From positions 544,001 through 608,000 of the forward strand of contig JBMNLZ010000002.1 in assembly GCA_050953065.1 (NCBI GenBank): a stretch of DNA of 64,000 nt. Direction: 5' to 3'. A program made the translations under genes and the position numbers. A model generated the notes under the pieces. The model did no database searches and was not told the DNA's origin. It saw only the letters and a program-made list of their open reading frames with translations. Below are positions 1-8,633 of the stretch, piece after piece. The DNA comes from Bacilli bacterium. GTDB taxonomy: Bacteria; Bacillota_I; Bacilli_A; ML615J-28; CAG-698. Each line of letters starts with the position of its first letter. Within the stretch, counting starts at the first letter, position 1.

Positions 1-779
1 CAAGCCTACTTCAAGATAACTTATATTTTATTAAAACAAGAGAAGAGGCTGCTAAAAACAAATCAATTAGAGAGTTAACAAAAGAAATTTGTTCTGAATT
101 TGATATTGTATATTTTTCTGCAAGAAAATTTGGTTTTGCAAGGGGTGGAGCAATCTGCATTAAAGATGAAAAAGAATGTTTGAAAATGAAAGCGCTAGTC
201 CCTCTTTATGAAGGTTTCTTAACTTATGGTGGAATGAGTGTCAAAGAAATTGAAGCTATTACTGTAGGACTTGAAGAAACTATGGATGAAGATATTATCT
301 CTCAAGGACCTTTATTTATAGAATATATGGTTAAGGAATTAGAAAAAGCAGGTGTACCTGTTGTTACTCCAGCAGGAGGGCTTGGATGTCATTTAAATGC
401 TAAGGCCTTTGTTTCTCATTTATCTTCTAAAGATTATCCAGCAGGGGCTTTAAACGCGGCTTTATATCTAATAAGTGGTGTTAGAGGTATGGAAAGAGGA
501 ACACTTTCAGAACAAAGAAATCCTGATGGAACTGAAGTTTATGCAGAAATGGAACTTGTGAGACTTGCTGTACCTAGAAGAGTCTTTACTTTATCTCAAA
601 TTAAATATGCTATAGATAGAATTGTTTGGCTTCATAAAAATAAAGATTTAATTGGTGGATTAGAATTTTATGATGAGCCTGAAATTTTAAGATTCTTCTT
701 TGGTAGATTAAGACCAGTAAATAATTGGCCTGAAAAATTAGTAAAGAAATTTAAAGAAGATTTTAAAGATAGTTTATAA
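1..779 (+). CDS. Tyrosine phenol-lyase/tryptophanase family PLP beta-eliminating lyase (5'-truncated by window)
   Basis: Frame is open from position 3 (SLLQDNLYFIKTRE...FSARKFGFARGG, PLP-lysine region); EGFLTYGG, GVRGMERG, ELVRLAVPRR and LRFF motifs. Confidence 0.88.
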   Translation, partial: SLLQDNLYFIKTREEAAKNKSIRELTKEICSEFDIVYFSARKFGFARGGAICIKDEKECLKMKALVPLYEGFLTYGGMSVKEIEAITVGLEETMDEDIISQGPLFIEYMVKELEKAGVPVVTPAGGLGCHLNAKAFVSHLSSKDYPAGALNAALYLISGVRGMERGTLSEQRNPDGTEVYAEMELVRLAVPRRVFTLSQIKYAIDRIVWLHKNKDLIGGLEFYDEPEILRFFFGRLRPVNNWPEKLVKKFKEDFKDSL

Positions 780-788
780 TATAACAGT

Positions 789-819
789 AAAAAGTCTTAA
801 TATTTTATTAAGACTTTTA
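789..819 (+). terminator. Intrinsic terminator
   Basis: AAAAGTCTTAAT...ATTAAGACTTTT hairpin just after the lyase stop. Confidence 0.75.
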
Positions 820-857
820 TTATTTATTAAAGAATTATTAAAAATAAAATAATAAAA

Positions 858-907
858 TTGTTTTCATTATAAAAACACTTGTATTTAAAATAAAAACAAT
901 GTATAAT
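858..907 (+). promoter_or_regulatory. Sigma-A promoter of the thr operon with two tandem TGT-N13-ACA boxes (candidate ThrR operator)
   Basis: TTGTAT(879-884)-17 bp-TATAAT(902-907); boxes at 859-877 and 880-898. Confidence 0.6.
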
Positions 908-935
908 ATATAAAAAGTATAAAAAAGGAATAATT

Positions 936-2393
936 ATGTTTACAAGTACAAGAAAGAAAATTAACGTTTCTAGTTCAAAAGCTATTATAGATGGAATTTC
1001 AAAAGATGGTGGCTTATATATTGTTGATAGAATTCCGAAAGTAAAGATTGAAGAATTAGTTAATCTAAATTATAAAACTCTAGCTGTTAAAATTTTGAGT
1101 TTATATTTAAAGGATTTTAGTATTGAAAGTCTTGAAAAAATAGTTAGTGAGGCTTATGCTAAATTTGATATAGAAGAAGTAGTTAACTTAAAAGAGTTTG
1201 GTAATTTTTCATTTTTAGAACTTTATCATGGCCCAACTCTTGCTTTTAAAGATTTAGCATTAACTGTTTTACCGCTTTTAATGAATGAAGCAAAAAAAAT
1301 TAATAATGATAAATCAAAAACTATTATTCTAACTGCTACATCTGGAGATACTGGTAGTGCTGCTTTAAGTGGTTTTAGTACAGTTGATAATAGTGGAATT
1401 ATTGTAATTTATCCTAATAAGGGAATTAGTCAAATTCAAGAAAAACAAATTCTTTCATTTACTAATAATCAAGCTAAAGCATTTGCTTTAGAAGGTAATT
1501 TTGATGATGCACAAAACTTAGTAAAGAAAATTTTTGGTGGAAGTGAGTTCTTAGCAGCTCTAAAAAATAAAAATGTTTCAAGTGCAAATTCAATTAATAT
1601 AGGACGTCTTATTCCTCAAATTGTTTATTATTTTTATAGTTATATTAAATTAGTAAAAAACAAAAGTGTTAAACTACATGATAAAATTAATTTTTGTGTA
1701 CCTACAGGAAATTTTGGAAATATTTTAGCGGGTTATTTTGCTAGTTGTATGGGGTTACCTGTAAAGAGGTTAATTTGTGCATCAAATATTAATAATGTTT
1801 TACATGACTTTTTTGAAACAGGAATTTATGATAAAAATAGAGTTTTAGAATTAACGAATTCTCCTTCAATGGATATCTTAATTTCTTCTAATCTTGAAAG
1901 ACTTTTATATTATATTTCTGGTAAAAAGCCTAACAAAGTTCGTGAATTGATGGATAAATTATCTACTGTTGGAAGATATCAAATTTCTTCTTCAATGAAA
2001 AGAAGAATGAAAATCTTCGAAAGAGGTTATGCTGATGATAAAGAAACTTTAGAAAATATAAAGGAAGTTTTTGAAAAGCATCAATATTTGATTGATACAC
2101 ATACAGCGGTAGGATATAAGGTTTATAAAGATTATCAGTATAGGACTAATGATAATACAAAAACAGTAATTTTATCAACTGCAAGTGGCTTTAAGTTCCA
2201 AGATGCTGTAATTGAAGCTTTAGGCATAAAGAAAGGGAATTCTTTAGTTGAATCTTTAAAATCAATTAGTGATTATACAAAGATAAAAATACCTTCTTCA
2301 CTGGAAAAAATTGCTAATAAAGAATTTATAAAAAATGAAATTTCTAGTAAGGAAGCAATTGATAAAATTAAAAAAACTATAGGTGATTTATAA
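936..2393 (+). CDS. thrC: Threonine synthase
   Basis: ELYHGPTLAFKD, ATSGDTG, NSINIGR, VPTGNFGN, SPSMDIL motifs. Confidence 0.96.
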   Translation: MFTSTRKKINVSSSKAIIDGISKDGGLYIVDRIPKVKIEELVNLNYKTLAVKILSLYLKDFSIESLEKIVSEAYAKFDIEEVVNLKEFGNFSFLELYHGPTLAFKDLALTVLPLLMNEAKKINNDKSKTIILTATSGDTGSAALSGFSTVDNSGIIVIYPNKGISQIQEKQILSFTNNQAKAFALEGNFDDAQNLVKKIFGGSEFLAALKNKNVSSANSINIGRLIPQIVYYFYSYIKLVKNKSVKLHDKINFCVPTGNFGNILAGYFASCMGLPVKRLICASNINNVLHDFFETGIYDKNRVLELTNSPSMDILISSNLERLLYYISGKKPNKVRELMDKLSTVGRYQISSSMKRRMKIFERGYADDKETLENIKEVFEKHQYLIDTHTAVGYKVYKDYQYRTNDNTKTVILSTASGFKFQDAVIEALGIKKGNSLVESLKSISDYTKIKIPSSLEKIANKEFIKNEISSKEAIDKIKKTIGDL

Positions 2394-3262
2394 TGATTAA
2401 AATTTTAGTGCCAGCTACATCAGCAAACATTGGACCTGGTTTTGACTCTATGGGGATGGCTTTAGAACTTTATAATGAATTTACTTTTGAAAAAAGTAAT
2501 TCTTGGGAATTCATTGATTTTGATTCTAAATATGCCTCAATAAATAACAATTTAGTTGCTCAAGTGATGATTAAGACTTTTGAAATTTTAAATGTAAAAG
2601 AATATTCTTTTAAAATTAAAATAAAAAGTGATATTCCTGATTCAAGAGGACTTGGTAGTAGTGCTACATGTATTATTGCAGGAATCTTAGCAGCTGATTA
2701 TTATGCTAATAGTAAATTAAGTAAGAGTCAGATCTTAGAGATTGCATATCTTTTTGAAAACCATCCTGATAATATTACTCCAGCTTTAGTTGGCGGACTG
2801 GTAACAGCAACTAAACTAGAGAAGGAAATTTTTTATAAGAAATATGAAATAGGAGATGAGTTAAAATACACTTTAATTATTCCTAATTTTGAGATATCAA
2901 CTGAAGCAAGCCGTAAGGCTTTACCTAAAGAATATAAAACTTCTGATGTTGTGTTTAATGCATCTAGAATTGTAAATCTACCACATATCTTACAAAGTGG
3001 AAACATTGATGTTTTGAAAGAGTTAACTTTAGATAAAATTCATGAACCTTATCGCTTACCATTAATTGAAAAAGCAGTTGAGATTAAAAAGTTAGCTTAT
3101 GAAAATAATGCATCTTGTACACTTAGTGGGTCTGGGTCTACTTTATTAATTATTAGTAAAACATTAGATGTTATTGAAAAACTAAAGAAAAATATTGATA
3201 GCAGTTGGAAGGTTAAAACCCTAAAAATTGATAATATAGGAGCAAGAGTGATTGAAATATGA
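2393..3262 (+). CDS. thrB: Homoserine kinase
   Basis: VPATSANIGPGFD, PDSRGLGSSA GHMP motif, HPDN, SGSGST; TAATG coupling to thrC. Confidence 0.96.
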   Translation: MIKILVPATSANIGPGFDSMGMALELYNEFTFEKSNSWEFIDFDSKYASINNNLVAQVMIKTFEILNVKEYSFKIKIKSDIPDSRGLGSSATCIIAGILAADYYANSKLSKSQILEIAYLFENHPDNITPALVGGLVTATKLEKEIFYKKYEIGDELKYTLIIPNFEISTEASRKALPKEYKTSDVVFNASRIVNLPHILQSGNIDVLKELTLDKIHEPYRLPLIEKAVEIKKLAYENNASCTLSGSGSTLLIISKTLDVIEKLKKNIDSSWKVKTLKIDNIGARVIEI

Positions 3263-3690
3263 AAAATGAATATTTGATTGTTCATAAAAGTATACTTCCT
3301 AGTTATTATGAAAAAGTAATTATAACTAGAGAAATGATAGAACAAAAAAAAATGAGTGTTTCTGAGGCTTGTAAATTAAATGATATTAGTAGAAGTACTT
3401 ATTATAAGTATAAAGATTATCTATTCTTACCATCTAAGGAATTAGGTAAAAAAGTTTTATTAGCATTTGTTTTACAAGATGTAAAAGGAGTTCTTTCAAG
3501 TATTTTAAATTTCATAGCTGAGATGCATGGCAATATTATTGCTATAAATCAAGAAGTGCCAATTAACTATACTGCTTATGTAACTTTAACAGTTGATATT
3601 GTAGAGTTAGATGTATCATTAGATGTATTATTAGATAATTTAAGAAAAATGTCTGGCGTTAATAGAGCAGATTTAATAGCGGTTGAATGA
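3259..3690 (+). CDS. thrR: HTH-ACT transcriptional regulator, ThrR/PheB (UPF0735) family
   Basis: SVSEACKLNDISRSTYYKYKD helix-turn-helix plus C-terminal ACT (DVKGVLSSIL...INQEVP); lies within the thr cluster. Confidence 0.85.
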   Translation: MKNEYLIVHKSILPSYYEKVIITREMIEQKKMSVSEACKLNDISRSTYYKYKDYLFLPSKELGKKVLLAFVLQDVKGVLSSILNFIAEMHGNIIAINQEVPINYTAYVTLTVDIVELDVSLDVLLDNLRKMSGVNRADLIAVE

Positions 3691-3699
3691 GGTGAACAA

Positions 3700-4803
3700 A
3701 TGGAAGTAGCAATATTAGGATTAGGAACTATAGGCTTTGGAGTCTATGAGTTAATTAATAAAAGTGAATATCTAAAAGATGTTAAGGTAAAAAAGGTTTT
3801 AGATAAAGATAAATCAAAGGAAAGTCTTTTAAAACCAGGACAATTAACAGATAATTTTGAAGAGATTTTAAATGATGATAATATAAAAATTGTTTTTGAA
3901 GTGATGGGAGCAAGAGACTTTAGTTATCAATGTATTAAAAAAAGTTTAGAAAAGAAAAAACATGTTATAACTGCAAATAAGGAAGTTATTGCACTTTATT
4001 TAGATGAACTAACAACAATCGCTAAAAACAATAAAGTTAGTCTAATGTTTGAAGCATCAGTAGGTGGAGGAGTGTTTTTAATTACGCCATTACTTGAATG
4101 TGTTAAAATTAATGAAATTAAAAATATTTTAGGAATTTTAAATGGCACGACTAATTACATTTTAACTAAAATGAGTCAGGATAATTTAGATTTTAAAGAA
4201 GCTTTAAAGTTGGCCCAACAAAAAGGTTTTGCTGAGGCTAATCCAACAGCGGATTTAGAAGGCCTAGATATAGTTAGAAAAATAGCAATCCTTTCAATGA
4301 TTGCTTATAAGGGTGTATTAGATATTGAAGAGATTTATCATTTTGGAATTTCTAATATAGAGTATAGTGATATTGTATATTTAAAAAAATTAGGTTATGA
4401 TATTAAATTGATTGGTTCTTCATTTAACAATAATAATGAAATTGATATTTTAGTAGAACCAGTTGCAGTTAACAAATATAATATACTATCGGGAGTTACC
4501 CAAGAATTTAATGGTATCTTTATTGATGCAAGTATTAACGATAAATTGATGTTTTATGGTAAAGGGGCCGGAAGATATCCGACAGCTAATGCTTTAATTA
4601 ATGATATGATTAAGGTTTTAGAAAACAAAGGAAACAACTATTTTACAAATAAAAACAAATTAACAATTAGACCAGATTTAACTAAAAAAAGCGAATATTA
4701 TATTAGATTTAAAAATGGTCGCCAAATTATGACACATGAAATCACAAGAGAAGAGTTCTTGAGTCAATTAGATAATATAAAATTTTATACAAGAATAATA
4801 TAA
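3700..4803 (+). CDS. hom: Homoserine dehydrogenase (short C-terminus)
   Basis: GLGTIG, VITANK, FEASVGGG, GILNGTTNYIL, GKGAGRYPTA. Confidence 0.95.
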   Translation: MEVAILGLGTIGFGVYELINKSEYLKDVKVKKVLDKDKSKESLLKPGQLTDNFEEILNDDNIKIVFEVMGARDFSYQCIKKSLEKKKHVITANKEVIALYLDELTTIAKNNKVSLMFEASVGGGVFLITPLLECVKINEIKNILGILNGTTNYILTKMSQDNLDFKEALKLAQQKGFAEANPTADLEGLDIVRKIAILSMIAYKGVLDIEEIYHFGISNIEYSDIVYLKKLGYDIKLIGSSFNNNNEIDILVEPVAVNKYNILSGVTQEFNGIFIDASINDKLMFYGKGAGRYPTANALINDMIKVLENKGNNYFTNKNKLTIRPDLTKKSEYYIRFKNGRQIMTHEITREEFLSQLDNIKFYTRII

Positions 4804-4815
4804 GGAGAAATAAAT

Positions 4816-5802
4816 ATGAAAAAATACAATGTTGCATTAGTTGGAGCTACTGGATTAGTAGGTTCTACATTTATTAAAATTTTACAAGAAAAGAATTTTC
4901 CTGTTAAGAATTTAAAATTATTAGCATCAGCTAATAGTGCTGGTAAACAAATCGAATGTTTTGGTAAGATGTGGACAGTTGAAGAGTTAAAAGAAGATTC
5001 TTTTAAAGATGTTGATATTGCTTTGTTTAGTGCAGGTGGTTCAATTAGCCAAAAATTTGCACCAATCGCTGCAAAAGCAGGAGCAACTGTAATTGATAAC
5101 TCAAGTGCTTGGAGAATGGATAAGAACGTTCCTTTAGTAGTACCAGAAGTTAACTTTGATTCAATTAAAGATGCTAAGTTGATTGCAAATCCAAACTGTT
5201 CTACAATTCAAGTAATTCTACCTTTAGCAGCTTTAAAACAAAAATATGGTTTAAAGAAAGTTAATTTTGCTACTTACCAATCGGTTTCAGGAAGTGGAAT
5301 GAAGGGAATCAATGATTTACTTGTAACAAGAAAAGGTGAAAAGAATACTTTTTACCCTTATCCAATTGTTGATACTTGTATTCCTCAAATAGATGTTTTT
5401 CTTGAAAATGGATATACAAAAGAAGAAATGAAGATGGTTGATGAAACAAGAAAGATTCTAAATTTACCAGATTTAAAAGTTAGTGCAACTTGTATTAGAG
5501 TTCCTGTTTTATCATGTCATGGTGTTTCTATTCAAGTAGAATTAGAAAAAGATTTCAAAGTAGAAGATGTTAAAGAATTAATGAAAAACTTCCCAGGAAT
5601 AGTTTTAGCAGATGATCCAAGTAATGCAGTTTACCCAGTTTCAACAATTGCTACAAATACTGATAATGTTTATGTAGGACGTATTAGAAGAGATTTAAGT
5701 ACTGAAAAAGGATTACTATTATATACAGTAGCTGATAATATTAGAAAAGGGGCTGCAAGTAACGCTGTTCAAATTGCTGAAAAAATTATTGCCAGCAAAT
5801 AA
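4816..5802 (+). CDS. asd: Aspartate-semialdehyde dehydrogenase
   Basis: GATGLVG, IDNSSAWRM, ANPNCSTIQ, CIRVPV, DNIRKGAA. Confidence 0.97.
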   Translation: MKKYNVALVGATGLVGSTFIKILQEKNFPVKNLKLLASANSAGKQIECFGKMWTVEELKEDSFKDVDIALFSAGGSISQKFAPIAAKAGATVIDNSSAWRMDKNVPLVVPEVNFDSIKDAKLIANPNCSTIQVILPLAALKQKYGLKKVNFATYQSVSGSGMKGINDLLVTRKGEKNTFYPYPIVDTCIPQIDVFLENGYTKEEMKMVDETRKILNLPDLKVSATCIRVPVLSCHGVSIQVELEKDFKVEDVKELMKNFPGIVLADDPSNAVYPVSTIATNTDNVYVGRIRRDLSTEKGLLLYTVADNIRKGAASNAVQIAEKIIASK

Positions 5803-5804
5803 AA

Positions 5805-6095
5805 ATGGGTGTAAAGAATCAAATTCTTCAAAAAGATAGTATTATTACTTTAATAAATGATGAGGGAAAAGATATCTCTTTCCATATGGTTGCAGGTATA
5901 AACCATGAACATGATTATTATGTTATTGTAGAACCACTTTCTAAATATTCTGATATAAAAGAAAATAGCTTAGTGATTTATAAAGTTTTAGATGAAGAAG
6001 TAAGTAATAAATCTTTTGAATTAGTAATTGATAAGGAAATTATTTTAGAAGTATTTAAAAAGTATGAAAAACTTTTAGAATTAGAAAAAAGTTAA
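5805..6095 (+). CDS. DUF1292-like small acidic protein
   Basis: ITLINDEGKDISF...YYVIV...FELV pattern and size typical of DUF1292. Confidence 0.55.
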   Translation: MGVKNQILQKDSIITLINDEGKDISFHMVAGINHEHDYYVIVEPLSKYSDIKENSLVIYKVLDEEVSNKSFELVIDKEIILEVFKKYEKLLELEKS

Positions 6096-6117
6096 TAAAT
6101 CTTTTAAAAGGTGAAAC

Positions 6118-6426
6118 ATGATATTGAGTAAATTTTTTACTATCATAATTTTTATTGCTTTAGTAGTAATTATCTTAATAGTTTTATATTTTATATTTTT
6201 AAAAATGAAATGGGTTAAAACTAAACAAAAGGCTGATAGATTAATAGAAGCTAGTGATTTAGAAAGAAAAATTATTGATATTATAGCTGATGATGATAAA
6301 ATTAGTATTTTAGAAATTGCTAAAAAACTTAATGTAAAAGCTAAGGTAGTAAAAACTACGATTGATGAATTAATCGACAACGATTTATTAAGTTATGAGA
6401 ATAATAGATGGGGTATATTTAAATAA
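6118..6426 (+). CDS. Small membrane-anchored protein with C-terminal winged helix-turn-helix
   Basis: AAGGTGA SD; hydrophobic N-terminal helix; ISILEIAKKLNVKAKVVKTTIDELIDNDLLSY. Confidence 0.6.
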   Translation: MILSKFFTIIIFIALVVIILIVLYFIFLKMKWVKTKQKADRLIEASDLERKIIDIIADDDKISILEIAKKLNVKAKVVKTTIDELIDNDLLSYENNRWGIFK

Positions 6427-6439
6427 ATATACCCTTTTT
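6411..6439 (+). terminator. Intrinsic terminator
   Basis: GGGTATATTT-AAAT-AAATATACCC followed by T5. Confidence 0.8.
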
Positions 6440-6497
6440 AATTGAAAAAAAATCTGATTGTGATATAATATATATAGTAAAAAGAAAGAAATAGTTT

Positions 6498-7028
6498 ATG
6501 TTAGTATTAATTGGACCTAGCGCTTCTGGTAAAACTGAAATTGCTAAAATCTTAATTGAAAAATATAACTTTGAAAAGTTAGTTACTTATACTACTAGAA
6601 AAAAAAGAGTTAATGAAAAGTGTGGTATTGATTATCATTTTGTGAGTAAAGAAGAATTTTTATTAATGAAAGATAAAAATGAATTTATTGAAACTACATT
6701 TTATAATGATAATTATTATGGTACTAGGATTAAAGATATTAGTGATAATAAGGTAGTAATACTAGACCCAGCGGGTGCTAATAATTTTTTAAATTATTTT
6801 AAAGATAGGATATATACTGTTTATTTAGAAACAACCAAAGAATTAAGAAAAAAAAGAATGCTTGAAAGACATGATGAATTAGATTTAATTCATAAAAGAT
6901 TAGAAAACGATGATAAGATTTTTAATAAAGAAAATATAAAAAAAATAAATAAGGTAATAATAAATGAGCAAACAACATTAGAGATACTAGCTCATGAAAT
7001 ATATAATTTATATATAAATAGAAAGTAG
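6498..7028 (+). CDS. gmk: Guanylate kinase
   Basis: GPSASGKT P-loop, TYTTRKKR, DYHF, YYGT. Confidence 0.85.
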   Translation: MLVLIGPSASGKTEIAKILIEKYNFEKLVTYTTRKKRVNEKCGIDYHFVSKEEFLLMKDKNEFIETTFYNDNYYGTRIKDISDNKVVILDPAGANNFLNYFKDRIYTVYLETTKELRKKRMLERHDELDLIHKRLENDDKIFNKENIKKINKVIINEQTTLEILAHEIYNLYINRK

Positions 7029-7036
7029 AGGATATT

Positions 7037-7612
7037 ATGGCAAAAATTTTAATTGAAACATCAGCAAGACATGTTCACGTAAGTGAGAAAGATTTAAAAA
7101 CGCTTTTTGGAAAAGATGGATGTCTTACAGTTAGAAATGATTTATCACAACCAGGACAATTTGCATCAAATGAAAAAGTTGAATTGGTAGGTCCAAAGAG
7201 AAGCATTAAAAATGTTTCTATTTTAGGTCCTGTTAGAGCTGCTACACAAGTTGAAATTTCAGCAACTGATGCTAGAAGTTTAGGAATTGATGCAGTTGTT
7301 CGTGAATCGGGGGATATAGCTAATACTCCTGGATGTAAAATAATTGGCCCTGCAGGAGAAATAGAAATTAAAGAAGGTGTAATTGTTGCTAAAAGGCACA
7401 TACATGCTACTCCTGAACAAGCTAAAGCTTTAGGAATTATGGATAAGGAAATAGTAGGAGTAGAAGTAAATAACGATGTGCGTTCTATAGTGTTTAAAGA
7501 TGTTGTAGTTCGTGTTAGTCCAAAATTTGAAAGTGCTATGCATATTGATACAGATGAATCAAATGCTGGGATGATAGCACCTAATACATACGGAAAAATA
7601 ATTAAGTACTAA
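7037..7612 (+). CDS. pduL: PduL-family phosphate acyltransferase (phosphotransacylase)
   Basis: SARHVH and AKRHIH duplicated motifs, LSQPGQFA, HIDTDESNA. Confidence 0.93.
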   Translation: MAKILIETSARHVHVSEKDLKTLFGKDGCLTVRNDLSQPGQFASNEKVELVGPKRSIKNVSILGPVRAATQVEISATDARSLGIDAVVRESGDIANTPGCKIIGPAGEIEIKEGVIVAKRHIHATPEQAKALGIMDKEIVGVEVNNDVRSIVFKDVVVRVSPKFESAMHIDTDESNAGMIAPNTYGKIIKY

Positions 7613-7619
7613 TAATTAA

Positions 7620-7645
7620 AAATGCCTGCTTAATAGCAGGCATTT
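7620..7645. terminator. Bidirectional terminator between pduL and tRNA-Lys
   Basis: AAATGCCTGCT-TAAT-AGCAGGCATTT perfect hairpin between convergent genes. Confidence 0.8.
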
Positions 7646-7657
7646 AAAATAGACAAA

Positions 7658-7733
7658 TGGTACACCTTTAGGGATTCGAACCCTAGACCCATTGATTAAG
7701 AGTCAATTGCTCTACCGACTGAGCTAAAGGTGC
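7658..7733 (-). tRNA. tRNA-Lys (anticodon CTT)
   Basis: 76-nt cloverleaf GCACCTT...ATTGA-CT-CTT-AA-TCAAT...TTCGAAT...ACCA with encoded CCA. Confidence 0.97.
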
Positions 7734-7844
7734 ATATAAACTAAAGATATTATATAATATTTTTTCTAAAATGGCAAACTCTAATTTAAAAAAATATGTC
7801 ATTTTTTTAAAAAAAGTAATATAATATAAATGGGTGAATAAAAG

Positions 7845-8492
7845 ATGTGGGCAGATTTTTTTAATTCTTTAATTTATATAGTTCCAGCTGCACTGATTGC
7901 AATTGTATTGCATGAGTTTGCACATGGTTTTGTATCTCATCTTTTAGGTGACCCTACACCAAAAGAAGGAGGTAGGCTTTCACTTAACCCATTAAAACAT
8001 CTAGACCCAATTGGAACAATATGTTTAATATTTTTTAAATTTGGTTGGGCAAAACCAGTAATGGTAAATCCAAGATATTACAAAAATCCAAAAACAGGCA
8101 TGGTTTTAGTGGCGCTGGCTGGTCCTTTTATGAATTTGTTAATTGCTTTTTTATGTGTATTTGGACTAGGAATTTATCTTAAAACTGGTGGAAGTTATTA
8201 TATTGAATTTAATTCATATTTTATTACGTTTATTCAATTTTTAATAGTAATAAATATTGGACTTGGAGTTTTTAATTTAATTCCTTTTCCACCACTAGAT
8301 GGTTCAAAAATTTTAGGAGCAATTCTTCCAGAAAATGTTTATTTTAAAATAATGGCATACGAGCAATATGGCATGATTGTTTTACTTTTATTGTTGTCAA
8401 CAAATCTACTAACAAAACCACTTGTTTATTTACAAGAAGGAATATTTGATGCTTTTTGGAATTTAACTAAAATAATTTTAAAAATATCTTAG
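7845..8492 (+). CDS. Site-2 protease family (peptidase M50) intramembrane metalloprotease
   Basis: HEFAH, GDPTP, FGWAKPV, ALAGP, NLIPFPPLDG. Confidence 0.93.
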   Translation: MWADFFNSLIYIVPAALIAIVLHEFAHGFVSHLLGDPTPKEGGRLSLNPLKHLDPIGTICLIFFKFGWAKPVMVNPRYYKNPKTGMVLVALAGPFMNLLIAFLCVFGLGIYLKTGGSYYIEFNSYFITFIQFLIVINIGLGVFNLIPFPPLDGSKILGAILPENVYFKIMAYEQYGMIVLLLLLSTNLLTKPLVYLQEGIFDAFWNLTKIILKIS

Positions 8493-8633
8493 AAAAGATT
8501 GTTTTGTTTTAGTTATTTCTAGTGTCAAACTAACATAGATAAAAAAACATTAACATTGCTAAAGAGAAAATGAGAAAAATATTGCAATATAGATAAAATA
8601 TATTATATAATATATTTGTATAAAGGGGAAAGT

